In this document: one piece after another, positions 1 to 12,479 of the stretch
Layout: each line of letters opens with the position of its first letter
Numbering within the stretch: position 1 is the stretch's first letter
Assembly (NCBI RefSeq): GCF_030144855.1
Contig: NC_082731.1
Span: 22,444,001 to 22,508,000 of the forward strand
Direction: 5' to 3'
Length of the DNA stretch: 64,000 nt
From: Hypanus sabinus
Taxonomy: Eukaryota
Notes under the pieces: model-generated
The model's input: only the letters and a program-made list of their open reading frames with translations
What the model was told of the DNA's origin: nothing
Databases searched by the model: none
Made by a program: the position numbers and the translations under genes

Positions 1-1699
1 GTTGAGCAGAAAATAAATCAATCAATTGTTTAGAAACAATATGCAAAGATTCAGCATCTGGATTCAGCATTTTCAGGTACGTGGTTGCTCTTAAATGCTC
101 ACCAGGCACTTGGTCGAATTTCTGGATCGGTATTTACACATGAATTACTAAAGACGTCGAATGAATTAAACACTATAAAAAAGACTGTTGGTATCGCCGA
201 TATTAGAAGTGCAGGCCCAAGCTGTCCGTCGGATGCAGTGAATGCTAGCAAACATCGGCACCTGGGAGGATTGCATCTGTGCCGAATAGTTCTCTGAAGT
301 TAGTCACTCCAATCTTCTATAGTTTCTACAACATATGCCGCTTCCGGGCTTCCACATCAATTAAGACAAGGTAGTACATCTGCTGTTATTAAGGCTATGT
401 TGTGCGTTACTCTTTTTTTTGTCAAATACTTTACGTGACATGTCTTTTATAGTAGAGCAATGGGTAGTGCCTGTCGGTCTCATTTTCAGCTTCTACTACA
501 GGCTCGCAGTGTCCCGAAAATGAAAGCTGTTTTTTAAGATATTTCCCGCCACTACGTTTCTCCAACAGCAAGCCTGATTTCACTCTGCTGGTTACACAAC
601 ATAACTGAACTCCTTTTGCACTCAAGCTGATCGACACAGGACCGGGTGGATGTTTGAACCTTGCACGAGTAAAGCGGAAGTTCCCCGGCCTGTGGGCACG
701 CTCTGCTGCTCATGAATCAGAACCAGTTCTAAGAGCAAATGTTCCCACTACACTATTAGCAGCCTCGGCAGAGTCGAAAGCGACGGGAATAAGCCCATGC
801 AAGAATCCAGTGCGGAATGCCAAAGGCGGATGGGCATCATTAAACATTCTTCTAGCTACTTTGTAGCCAAGCTAGTGGTAAATGCATTTTTTGTTTGATT
901 TCCTTTGGAGTAAACTGGTGAGGACAAACGAGGAGTCTAATTACTGAACATCTCAGGATCTTTATATCTTCCGCCCTCGTGATTATGATCTTGGATGAAG
1001 TCCCTGACCATGTTAGTCGGCGCAGAGAGCGCGCAATCTCAGAGGTATAACTGTTTTGCATGATATTTTCCGAGTACGGTGCGGCCAGCCGGTACCGGGA
1101 ACCGATACGGGTTTCAATAATTTAACTGCTCGCTATCAAAAGTGCAACGTGTGCCGTTCTTGTTCAAGAACCCTGCCCCTACATTCATGAAGAGTTGCGA
1201 AGGATTTGTCAACCGGATGATTGCATCCGGTATTGACGTGATAATATTAAGTGAGAGAGGAGTTCCACAGCTATTAGACTCCCGAAAAGGATAACTGCAT
1301 TTTCAGCTGGTAAGATGCTAGTGGACAATAGCGGTGCACTGCGGGTAACTGTTTGGTTATCGAACTGGCGATTGTTATTTTGTGTTTAATATGTATTTGT
1401 TTCTCGGTCGCAGTCCGGGTTAATAAATGCGTAGTGTCGTAGCGTTTGGTAACATAGGTTGGCATCGATGAATATCATTTTTGACGAGATATTGAATATA
1501 ATGTTTATTTAATTGTTCTTCAAAGTATTGGTTAATGTGTTTAGTGCTGATATACTCAGCTTCTACGACCGCCATCTTCATATACAAAATAAGCTCGGAA
1601 ATTTATCCGAGAGTTTAAACTACTCTGGTTGGTCCCAAAGAAGAATAAATCCTCGGAGTTATCTGCAGTAAATTTTATGTGGAAAAATTCACCTCTTTT

Positions 1700-2010
1700 T
1701 CCAACTGATCCATATCCCTCTGCAAGGCTTGAACGACTTCTTCAGTGTCGACTACATTGGAAATACCGGTGACCTCCGTAAAACTGCTGCTCGTTTCCAT
1801 GACGTTATCATCCAGATCACTGATATGGATGACAAAAAAAGGCACCTAACATCGATGCATGCAACCAACGTCTAGACAGAGCGGCAACCCTCTAAAGCAA
1901 TTCTCTGAAGTTGTCCACATAGTCAAATTCTAATTATATTTGCTACCTGTTTCAACATGTTGGGCGGCTGGATCGTCTTGACCGGCCTCACATGAGGCAT
2001 TTCATCAAAT
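1700..2010 (-). mobile_element. Degenerate CR1 LINE RT fragment (ancestral to the cassette duplication)
   Basis: The antisense reads like the CR1 RT region FVIYINDLDD..SKFADDTK. The homologous copy is at about 32900-33330. Confidence 0.6.
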
Positions 2011-5000
2011 GCCTTATTAAAGTTCATGCAAATAATAATTATTACACTGCCTTTACTGGTGACGTCCAGTAAATTTTATTATAATCATCAATCCATATGG
2101 CAAAACTACCTGTCGCGTTGTTCCATTTTTGGCACCATTTTCCAATCGTATCTTCTGTTTCACTTTTCCACTATATTGTGGGCGATACTATATAAGAAGT
2201 CTCCGTTTCATCTCTAAAAGTGCAATCACACTTTACATTGTCTGAGCTGGAAAAGCTGAGCCTTAATCTTATTCTGTGCATTTATGTAATCCATATAGAA
2301 TAAAAGACCTTTTCCAATAAGATTTATGTAGTAGATTTAGCTACGTTTGTCTTAGCTGAAAAAGCCTCCAATCACTTTGTGAAGGAATACAACTCTTCCC
2401 AAATTATTTTCTACCTTACTGCATGAGCAATCTGAGAATAGTCCAAGGCCATTCAGTTTTCTTATAGACAGAGGGTGACTGTCATAATTTCTTCTGTTCA
2501 GTCTCTATATTTCTTCTGCTCGTCGCTGAAATCCATAACATTTAAATATTGCTCTATTCTCCTTCAAATCTCCCAAATCTGCGGCTGCTACCCCCCCCCC
2601 CCAATTAAAACAAATTGGTTCAATAATTTGGAGTAGGTTTTAAACTTTAAGAATACGCAGTAGCATTTTTAAATACATTGCAGAACTTGGAAGCTGATGC
2701 AATGCCGTGGATGAAATATCATGCGTCAAAGATTTTGATGGACGGAAGATTAATTTTATATTTTGAATATGGAAACCAAAATTGCAGGTTTATTTGTTAA
2801 ATATATGACCATTACGACAGAATCGATTCTTAGAAAGAATACTTGTGATTGCTTATCTTGTAAGAATTAGGTCGAAGGATATGAGGCAAGTTGTTTGATA
2901 ATACAACGTTGTAAAGAAACAGAATTTTCAATTTTTAGTTGTTGAAATGCGTATGTTTTAACAAAAGGGAACTGCATGTGTACGTAGTCTGTCTTTACTG
3001 GTTTTTTTTTTCAATTCATAAGGGTAGTGGAACATCTTCACTTCTGAAGTCGAATTCCACAGCCATAAATGAACTGGGCTCACTGAATTATTTAGAGTTT
3101 GGAAATCGTTGTTGGAGACTTCACTGCCCACAAAATCGTGAATGATGCTCTTTTCACCTCAAGTTTCGTAATCATGCATGTACGAGGTTCGTGCTCTTTA
3201 GATACGGGATTCAAACGAACCCCGGAGAAAATAAATTTCTCAGAGAATATGATTTATCTTGCGAAGCGCTCTTTTCTCCTTGAGCCGCTGTGATTCTACA
3301 GCAGAGACAAGACCAGTGGGGCAAGCCCGATGCAGACGAGGGTCTACCCAATTGGTGACTATCCCTATGTCCCTGCAGAGAGTCAATATAGTCTGTGGAA
3401 ACCACAGCGAGTCTTATAAGTATTGAAGTTAACGCAGAACAGGGAGTTCCAGACAGATCTCTGGCCAGAGAATGGTAATTACGTTGTATTATGATTATTA
3501 ACGAATTACATGTTATTTTCAATTAATCGCAAACTCACAGGTAAGAAATACATAGTACTGAAAGCATTTGCGGATGAGAATATGCTAAAGTGAAGAGACA
3601 AAAGCAAGAGGCCTGATCCACCGACAGAGGCTACGATGAATAGATCTACTGGGAAAAAAAGTAATGAAGTATAGTAAAACTGTGCAAATTCTGCGTGAAC
3701 CCAGATACATCCGGGCTCCCCGTCCCACAACATATGACTGGAAATGGACATATTAAGTTAAGTGTACTATTATTGTTTTCTTTTTATCGTATTTACACGG
3801 ACGGAGCCATACTGAATGTTCATATGTAGGCTCAATTGTTTGAATAAATGTTGCAACAAAGTGTGTGGTGTTCAGTAAATTGGGAAAAAGGCGCCAAAAT
3901 TCATAGTCACCAAAACCTAAACCAATGGTGGAAAAGTCAAAATACGAAAATAATACTAGATCATGGTCCCCCACCCCGACCCTCCCCTTCGTGATACCAG
4001 CACAAAATTAAAGATGACGGGCTGCAAGAAGTTACTATTATGGAAATAGCAATGTTTGTTACGGCCACTGCGCAAAATAGACCTAGGGAGCTACGACGAC
4101 AAATGCACTCGTCCGATTCCGCGAAGAATCTTCTCTCCTATGATCAGGTATCCCCATTCGGTGCCTCGAGTACAGAAAATGCTTAAGCTCCGCATGAACA
4201 GGGGCAGTCACATCCCGTGGACATTACACGGGATGTAATGGCGCACACTCTATTAGAAACCTATAGGGCAAAGTCTATTGGGTAGCGGCAGGATAGTGTG
4301 ATTATCTAATGGAAAGTGAGGTTCATGATGATACAGCGATTCACGGTACCCCGGGGGACATATGAGGATTGGGTACTGAATGCAGATGGAGGAGAACTTA
4401 ACGGCAGTATGCAGACATTCATGGTCAGAAAAGACCATTGCAAAAATCCAAAATGGGTCAAAGAGTAAAGTGATTTTTGGGGAGGTCAAAAGATGAAAAC
4501 GAGAACGAGTGAGTTCGTAACAGATTACATTTTACGGCGCGAGGAAATGGTGCAGAAATGCGACTGGAAGAGGTTGGATTTTCCATGTTTTTATTTCTCA
4601 ACGAGCAGAAGTAGCACACTCATTTACATTAATGATGAATATAACAAAATGCAAGAGATCATGCAGTGAGTGGTATAAACTTTGTTTTAAGGTTTTTTTT
4701 TTACCGGAAGGGATAGCCACTGACATTCAGCTTTCCCATTATCATATAAGTGGCTTCTTTGAGGGGCGGTACAACATACCTCGTGTATCCCTGAGAATAA
4801 AGCCCCACTGTAAGCTAAAATATTTCAGTTAGATACTGAAACGGCAGGAATTGCAAATTCTGGGTACCATTCTGATTTGCGGACGAGATCCCTACGCGGG
4901 TGGGCAGTTAACACCTGTGCTCGTTTACGTATAATGAACAATAATATTCGTGGCCGAAATTGTCTCAGGGTTATACTGATCTTCCAGCTACATATACTGC

Positions 5001-5649
5001 CACCGTACAGTTCACTGTTGGCAGCCACACGTGTCATTTCAGAATGTTTTTTTTTTCTCTCTATATGGCGCACCAGTCCTCCACTCATCCATCCATGGGC
5101 AGATACTGGAGTGATAATGTTAAATTACCTAAATGATCTCCATTTTAGGCACCATATTTCCCATCCCGAATGCAGACAGTCTGGCGGATTGGACAGGATT
5201 TGAGTGATGTGCACGAGATCGTACAGCCAATTTCCCCGGTTATACTGAACACAATGCCATGCTGACTGTTTTCCTATCTGAACCTCGATGATACCCGGTG
5301 ATTCACCTCTACTCCGTCTTTGTCTAAGTCCTTTCGTACGAGGACAGTCAATACCATTGCGCCATTACGTATTATTAACAATACAATACCTGGTTGAAAT
5401 TGTCTCAGGGCTAAACTGACCTTCCAGTTATAGACACTATGCAGCCTCCGTACACTTCACTGCTGCCAGACACGCGTATCATTTCATAATGTGCTTCCAC
5501 GTATATGACGCATGCAGTCCTTCAGTCATACTGATACGGATCAATTTTTAACACCAGGTACTATCTTCAGTTAACTGATGATGTAACCGTAGCCTTTGGT
5601 CAGGAGAGGAAGTCGCCAGCTGCTGTCCAGCTTCCAAAGAATATTTCCA

Positions 5650-7400
5650 CCTGTAACCAGTACATTCTCCAGTTGTCAGCGCTTCAAGTCACTATCCAGG
5701 AGCTCCTGACTTCCAGATACACAGCTCTCCCCTGTTCCATATCCAGCATGCGGCTCTTTCTGTTCGCTCATCCAATATGTGAGCTGCTTGTACTTAGGCT
5801 TTTTCATTAAGGTCCAGTGCAGACGGTACATTCTAATCTGACCCTGTCGTGGACCCTCTGCAGCCGACCTCCACGGGGAATAGACATGACTGACGACCCT
5901 TGTGCATACGATCATGGATTAAGCCCATGTAATTCAGAACCTTCCTCTTGTGAGCCTCCTCGCAAAATTCCTCTCATGGTATTTTGATCTCCATAAGGGT
6001 GATATTTTGCGGCAGTTTTTGTTGTCTTTCGTAGACCATAACAAGATCTTTGGTTAGCAAACCCTCCTTGAAATTCAGCTTCACGTCGCATCGGCCTTCA
6101 TCTCTCTCAGTTTGCAGCAGACTAAATGTTGGCATTTTTGATAACACTGACATTTGTTTTCCTTTATGAACTCACAGCCGCGTTTCCCTCACTGGCAGCT
6201 GATCACTTTTTTTTCACCGCTGTAGTTCCAATGTGTCTCCCCGGGATAGCGAGACTATATACTGGTGCCACCGATACCGTCTTGTACTGAAGCTGTTTTC
6301 TAGCTTGACAGCTGTTTTCTAGCTTGTCAGTGTATTCCGCATATGAATCAGAAACAAACAGTTATGGTCCTTTCTTATATCCTTACGTGCAGCCGTGATA
6401 GCGTTGAGAAACTGTTATAAACTGACAGCATGCCGGAAAGAAAATCCGAAAAGCTCCAGTTTCCACATTCAGCCCGAGTAATTTTACGTTTTTAGAAGAT
6501 CCAGTTTGGTCGAGTGAGCACAACACAAATACGATTGTTTAACGTTTTACGTACCTCAACCTGAGCCATGTCAGAGATTTCCAATGCACATACACACTCC
6601 CATAGTTGGAAGTGTGCATTGCCGGGTAGTTGGCAATTCTGGAATGGCTTCCTGATGATGTTTCCCTGTTGCCTTGTCTATGGCCGAGCTGACGGCGCAC
6701 TTACGGACCGATCCTTTTTGTAACTCCCGTTACGTGTATTCACTTGCCTTCGGAGTTTCATAGTTCTAAGACAGATCTACACGTTGTTACCTTGAGCCCC
6801 AACTCTACCGATGACAACGAGAGCTGTAGCAGGCATGTGCATATGCCGTGACACTCTAAGGAAAAGTTTGAGGGAAGTCCCATCCTCCTTCTCAGGTATT
6901 TGTTGTCTTTTCTCTCGCATTTCTACCATGGCCACGGGGATCTCGTACAACGTCAAAAATGGAGGCAGTCATGGAGTAGATCATTTTGTTACTGTCATGT
7001 ACAAAATTTAACTGAAGTCCATTTCTGCTGTCCCTCTGATAGAGGTCTACAATCTGCTTCGGTGTGTCGATGATTTTTACGCTGTCTCGTATTGCTGCAT
7101 TATACCGCTTACCAAGACTTTATACTGATTTCTCCTTAATTTATGAAACGTTTTCCCTTGGTACCTGATAACACAACTTGCCTGTAGCTTAGCCTTTTTT
7201 GATCACCATGCATCTGTACTCTTGGCCGAACAGGCCTGGTCATCACAGCCCAGCTAGCTACGTTTTCCAGGATTTCCAGTACCTACTTTGCGTGGTCGTG
7301 GTCATCACAGCCCAGCTAGCTACGTTTTCCAGGATTTCCAGTACCTACTTTGCGTGGTCGTGAGTTGCAGTGGTTATTGTGATAACAGCGTTGAACCCCC
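5650..7400 (-). mobile_element. Decayed HERO-like (R2-superfamily, restriction-like endonuclease) non-LTR retrotransposon, 3' half
   Basis: Antisense fragments IKEKSV*SLGKRYNAAIRDS and KYLRRRMGLPSNFSLE..LQLSLSSVELGLKVTTCRSVLEL match the HERO RT C-terminus (EKPVKSLGK.F..., FLRRWLGLP..., LKLPISSL.EEF). Confidence 0.7.
7239..7362 (+). repeat. Perfect 62-bp tandem duplication
   Basis: GTCATCACAGCCCAGCTAGCTACG...TTTGCGTGGTCGTG occurs at 7239-7300 and 7301-7362 with no mismatch. Confidence 0.95.
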
Positions 7401-10179
7401 ACACCCCCACACCGTATGTTAGGCTCCAAGACAGGGCCACAGGTCAAGTTGACTGCTGCTAATATGAGGAGATACGAACCCGTTAAAAACAAAATGGCAA
7501 AAATGTTGAAATCGATTGGAATTCCTTTTTGGACGTCTTGCCAGCTGATTGTAAGGTGGGCTGAAGTGAAACGGACATGAGTCCTCCTAGATAGCTGATA
7601 ACATATCTCGCATTACATGTGTGATATAGTAATGGCCCACCGCAGTTCAGGTGGATATGTGGCTAATCATAATCTGATGACTGTCCGGATGTCTTTCATT
7701 TGCCTGGCCTCGCAAATCAATTGGATGATGATTGAGATGTATTCAAGAAAATCTGGAAAAAAAAGTGAAAAATCAGGATGTCACCTTGCTGAAATAGTGC
7801 TTTTCCATCGAGGACTTAGCGTTACAGGAAAATGAGACCAAAGGACATGGTAGGGACACAAAATGAGTTTCGGGATTCAATGTGTGGTGTTTCAATAAAT
7901 GGAAACAAGTGGTCACTCACCAGCTAAACCTAAACCTGAGGTGAGGAAGACAAAATACAAAAATAGAAGTAAGCCGCTAGCCTTCTCACAAGCATCTAGA
8001 GGAATATTTTTCACTTCACGCTGAGTTGGGAGATTGTTATAAACGGGATGATTGTAGAGGATACTTAATGCTTGGGACAAGGCATCCTCCAAAAAATTCC
8101 AGCTTAGTGCGATCGAACCTGTGGTTCAAATCTTCAGCATTATCGTCAAAAAACAGCTGACGGGTTTTCGGCATATTTTACATAATTAATAGCGTCTACT
8201 TCGTAGTCCGGAGGCGGATGAGGGCTTGACTGTCCAGCTGATATTCTGGAATTCCTTTCACTCTGTCTCAGTCACGTTCAGCACAGTTGCTGTCATTCTT
8301 GGTTGGGGAAATTTTGGATTGAATTCTCGTCCCTGATTCCTGCGGGGGTCGCTATTTAATAGCGGCATTGAGCCTTTCAACTCCTGGTGTCCCGTTTTTT
8401 TTTCATAGGAAGTTATTCTTTTCAGACCGTCTGCAAACAACAGTTCTTCTGAAGGCGTGTCGACTGTGTCATATCCGGTGCTCTAGACCAGATATGGGTG
8501 ACACAGCTGATCGAGAGATGTCGTAATTCATTGATTGGATATTCATTTGATTGGCATCGCCATCCCCACAGCATCACTCCCACAAACTGCAGATCGCATA
8601 TAATTGTGCATCTAGCAGAGCAGAACATTCTAATCATTGCGGGTTATGTGGTACTGTTCTGTGCTGGAAGGCGTCCACAACAGTCGACAACTATTGAGAA
8701 CCTGTGACTGTAAAGATTGAAATGTCCTTCATGGAGAGTTACCATCATTCCTAGGTGCACTGTTCCATGTTTTCTTGCTTCTCCAAGGGTAGCAGTTTAA
8801 CACAATAGTTCAAACCGCGATTCTCCCGTTTCCAGGAATTCATACTAGATAACGACACACTAAACAACAATTCGCAAAAGTGGGTAGTAATAGAGAGGAG
8901 CAGAAAGAATGAGAATATGCATTAATGCGGTGAACAACAAGAAGTTTCACATCCCTGGAAGATTTCACCTATCAATCTGCCAGCACTCTTGTTTCATCAA
9001 CCACGTCATTCTCTGCATGCAGGCGGACAGCACGTGTATGGGACTCATTCTGCTGCAGAAGAGATGAGACCACTCCAAATGTTGCAAAGGGCGGTTTCCT
9101 GAGTTCTCCATTCAGGCGAAAATGGCAGTCACTGGAGAATTTTGAAATGGTATCAATTGCTTATAACAATTATTCTCCCTTCAGAGTATACTGATAAAGC
9201 TAAAATGAGAGGGAAAATCTGCTGATGAGACATGTGTACAAGCAGATTCTTGGACTAAGGAGAGAGAAAGATGAACATCGCTTTGTCTATCGTAACAGTC
9301 TTTTCGATACCTATATTTCTGCCACTCAATCTTCTTTGCAAAGAGTTATCTTTTATGCGTCATCTTCTCGAACCATCCAGTAAAGGGGTGGGGGAGATTC
9401 GGGAGACAACTCCGGCAAAACAGTTTCGGAGATGAAATGTTTTGCTTTAGTGGCCTGCTGCTGAAAAGTAAACATTTCGGTATGTTCAGCATTTTTTTTG
9501 TCTTTTATTTTTCAATTATAGCGATACAGCGCTAAGTGCGGCCTAACAACCATTGAGACGTCCTGTCGCTGCAACCACCGTCAAAACTGATTATCTCCAG
9601 CTGATCATTGAACCAGTTCTTTCTTCCAGTTAACCGAACCCGTGCATCTTTGGATTGCGAAGGAAAGAGAAGTCTCCGGAGAAACGCTACGTATTTGACC
9701 GTGAGGAGGCACAAAGACTATTTTAAAACACAGCGCCGGAAATGAACCACGATCTCCGAATTGACGCGAACTATCGTACAGCCGTGCAAACCAGGAGGTT
9801 AAGTGGCGTCCAAGTGAGTGCACTGAGAGATACAAAAGAGTGCTATAGAGGAAAGATAATTTAATTTCATAAGAAGAGAACACAGAAACAGACAGGAATA
9901 GACATGTATGCTGAGTTCGGGAGGTGTAAAGAATTATCTTAAAGTTCTATCGTTTGGAAATTCTCAATGGTAGAACATCTATAGTGAGAAGTTACTACAT
10001 GGACGTTCTGCCGGAGTAGCAGACGCAAAGGGAAAGTGACAAAATGAGGGTGATGTGTGGTGATAATACTAAAAGTACACGCACAAACACGAGATAGCCA
10101 GAGAGAAGAGAACAGGGATATATATATATATTTTTTTAAGTTGCACAAAGATATACAGCATACAAACTACGAGGGAGGT

Positions 10180-10540
10180 GAATAAAAAGACTGCTGGAGA
10201 GAGTGGCAGGAGAGACAGGCACAGAGAGAATAAGAGAGGGAGGAAGAGAGAGAGGGAGTGGGAGAGTAGAGAGTGGGGGTGAGAAACAGACAGCCTGTAA
10301 TAAGAAAAGGGCAGAATAAAAAAGATGACTCATATATCAAGGAAACAGAAAGAGACATTAGAGAAAGGGGAGATATTATGGCCAGATATAGGTACAGACT
10401 TGGAGGAGGACAGATAATGAAAGTGATAGAGAAGGAAAAAAGAGTGGAATTAGACAGTGAGATGTACAGGGATGTCGACGCGGGTAGAAATAGAGAGGGG
10501 GAGGGAGAGTTTGAGCGAGATAGAGAAAAAGTGAAACATT
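10180..10540 (+). repeat. Purine-rich (GA/AG) low-complexity tract, with a homologue at about 46950-47390
   Basis: Strong A/G strand bias; it generates spurious Leu/Ser-rich antisense ORFs. Confidence 0.8.
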
Positions 10541-11290
10541 AAAACGTGTATTGCTACACATTGTTCATTCTTTTTACTCCTTACAGTTTAACTTGCATGT
10601 GCTGTCCGGTGTGCTTCTGTAAAAATGGGCAATCTTTGTACGGTGGGTCTCAAGAAATCCTGTGTTGTCGAACATTTTAATAATTATATTTTTTTTAAAT
10701 CAGGTATGAGCAAGAAGAGTGCCTGTCGCAATATGCTGGGTCAGACAAATATTGGGTAAATTATTGGTTATGAACAGACAGACAAAACATTGAAATATAC
10801 ATACTTGAAAGGGCATGCTGCATTTTTTTCATCATCATGAGATTTGTGCTTCAAAATGTTCAAAGTTCTGCAGAAAGTTTCGGCAAGTTTCATGAGGCAC
10901 TGCAGGAACAAAGAAGAAATGTGGGGCCATTGTTTCTTATTGCGCAGGATATCTACTCGCCGTCGAACTCAATCTATCGTGGCAAGGACAATCAAAACCC
11001 TCCTGAGTGTTGTAAGCTCAGTTAGCACTGAATCATACAAATGTTAACAACTGAGGTACTGACAGGATGTGATCACAAACACAAAGACAGTTAAACAGAT
11101 ACACACACACAGACAGACACACACGCGCGCACGTGTAGGCTGGGATAGAGACACACCTACAGATACAGGTACCGATACACAGTGATTGATGGAGTATTGG
11201 AAAGTGCGAATGATAGCAACCGAGAAGCAGAGATGAATATACACTATAATATTGACTATAGCACTATGATACGTAACTGCAGTTCCTCAC

Positions 11291-11298
11291 TGACGTGA
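11291..11298 (+). promoter_or_regulatory. CRE-like motif TGACGTGA upstream of V1 (candidate V promoter element)
   Basis: The same octamer is at the homologous position upstream of V2 and resembles the CRE/decamer of TCR V promoters. Function is not shown. Confidence 0.3.
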
Positions 11299-12020
11299 AC
11301 AACGCATTTAATCATCGTTTCACTCTTTGGAAAAACCAACATATGTGCTATAAATACATACTTCTCAGAAAACGACAATCGTTTGAGATTTCTAGATAAC
11401 GGTGCTTTGCTGAAAGTCGGCAAAATGTTTTATTTTACTGTTTCCACCGTATATATCTTTGGCATGTTGATTGAATGGGTCACAGAAAAAAACACCTCTT
11501 GAGAGCTACAGGCCTAAGTCTTCAGAGGGCTGTCTCAGTCAAGGAACGGGGCATTAATGATAGGGAAACTTGGTCACTTATTCAGAAGTATCTTGAGAGG
11601 TTGCTGTCATGATCATGCCAAGGTTTGCATGAATAGATGCGACTTTGCTAAATCTGTGTAAGAACTCCCTTTCTCTTTATGACACCACCACATGTGTTTG
11701 GCACCAGCAGAATAATTCGTCTTCATTATCTTGCTTTCCACACAAACTTCGTTCTTTATTGTACATGCATACATTTTGTCTATGATTCAGCAGTTACTGC
11801 AGTGTTTGCTTTGCTGGTTGGCAACTTTAATGAAGCCGTGTCATGGAAGGGCAAAGTTAACGATAACCCTAATTCCAAATATGCAGTCTATCCATTGAAA
11901 TGCTTCCAGCAGTGTTGCTATTTATTATATACGATCTTCCTTGCCCTTACAGCTGAGTGCGTTGCAACGCTTTACAGTCTCCCTGCCCAGACTACGGCTA
12001 TCTATAAGTCTTTCGCCCAC

Positions 12021-12174
12021 NNNNNNNNNNNNNNNNNNNNNNNNNNNNNNNNNNNNNNNNNNNNNNNNNNNNNNNNNNNNNNNNNNNNNNNNNNNNNNNN
12101 NNNNNNNNNNNNNNNNNNNNNNNNNNNNNNNNNNNNNNNNNNNNNNNNNNNNNNNNNNNNNNNNNNNNNNNNNN
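12021..12174. other. Assembly gap (154 N)
   Basis: Run of N. Confidence 1.
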
Positions 12175-12479
12175 TTTATTCACTCTCAGCCTCTCCTTGT
12201 AATCTATTCTCTGAATGTACTGAGTTTGCCAGTTTTATCGTGCCCATCGGAGGAAAAAAAAAATGACTGTGACTCTCTTTCCTTGAGTTACATGGACCTT
12301 GTCGCATCTGGGGCAACAAGCGGAACAAGTACCAAGAAACGGCGTTCCCATTGGCTGCTTTAAATTTCCTACCCATTTTATCTAGTGCATCTGCACTTAA
12401 AACAGTAGAATCGAACCTTCTTGAAGCCTGGTGATAACTTGTTGAGGAGAAAATCATTTAACCCATCTTTATAAAAAAG

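Noticed and set aside
7239-7362. Direct repeats as a possible CRISPR array
   Set aside because: Two adjacent copies with no spacer, in a vertebrate genome.
11178-11184. CACAGTG heptamer (also at about 41374, and CACTGTG at about 14892, 54359 and 60912)
   Set aside because: No nonamer at 12 or 23 nt and no adjacent V, D or J coding segment.
11679-12363. Long ORFs of 195, 140 and 61 aa
   Set aside because: They run through the N gap; their length is an artefact.
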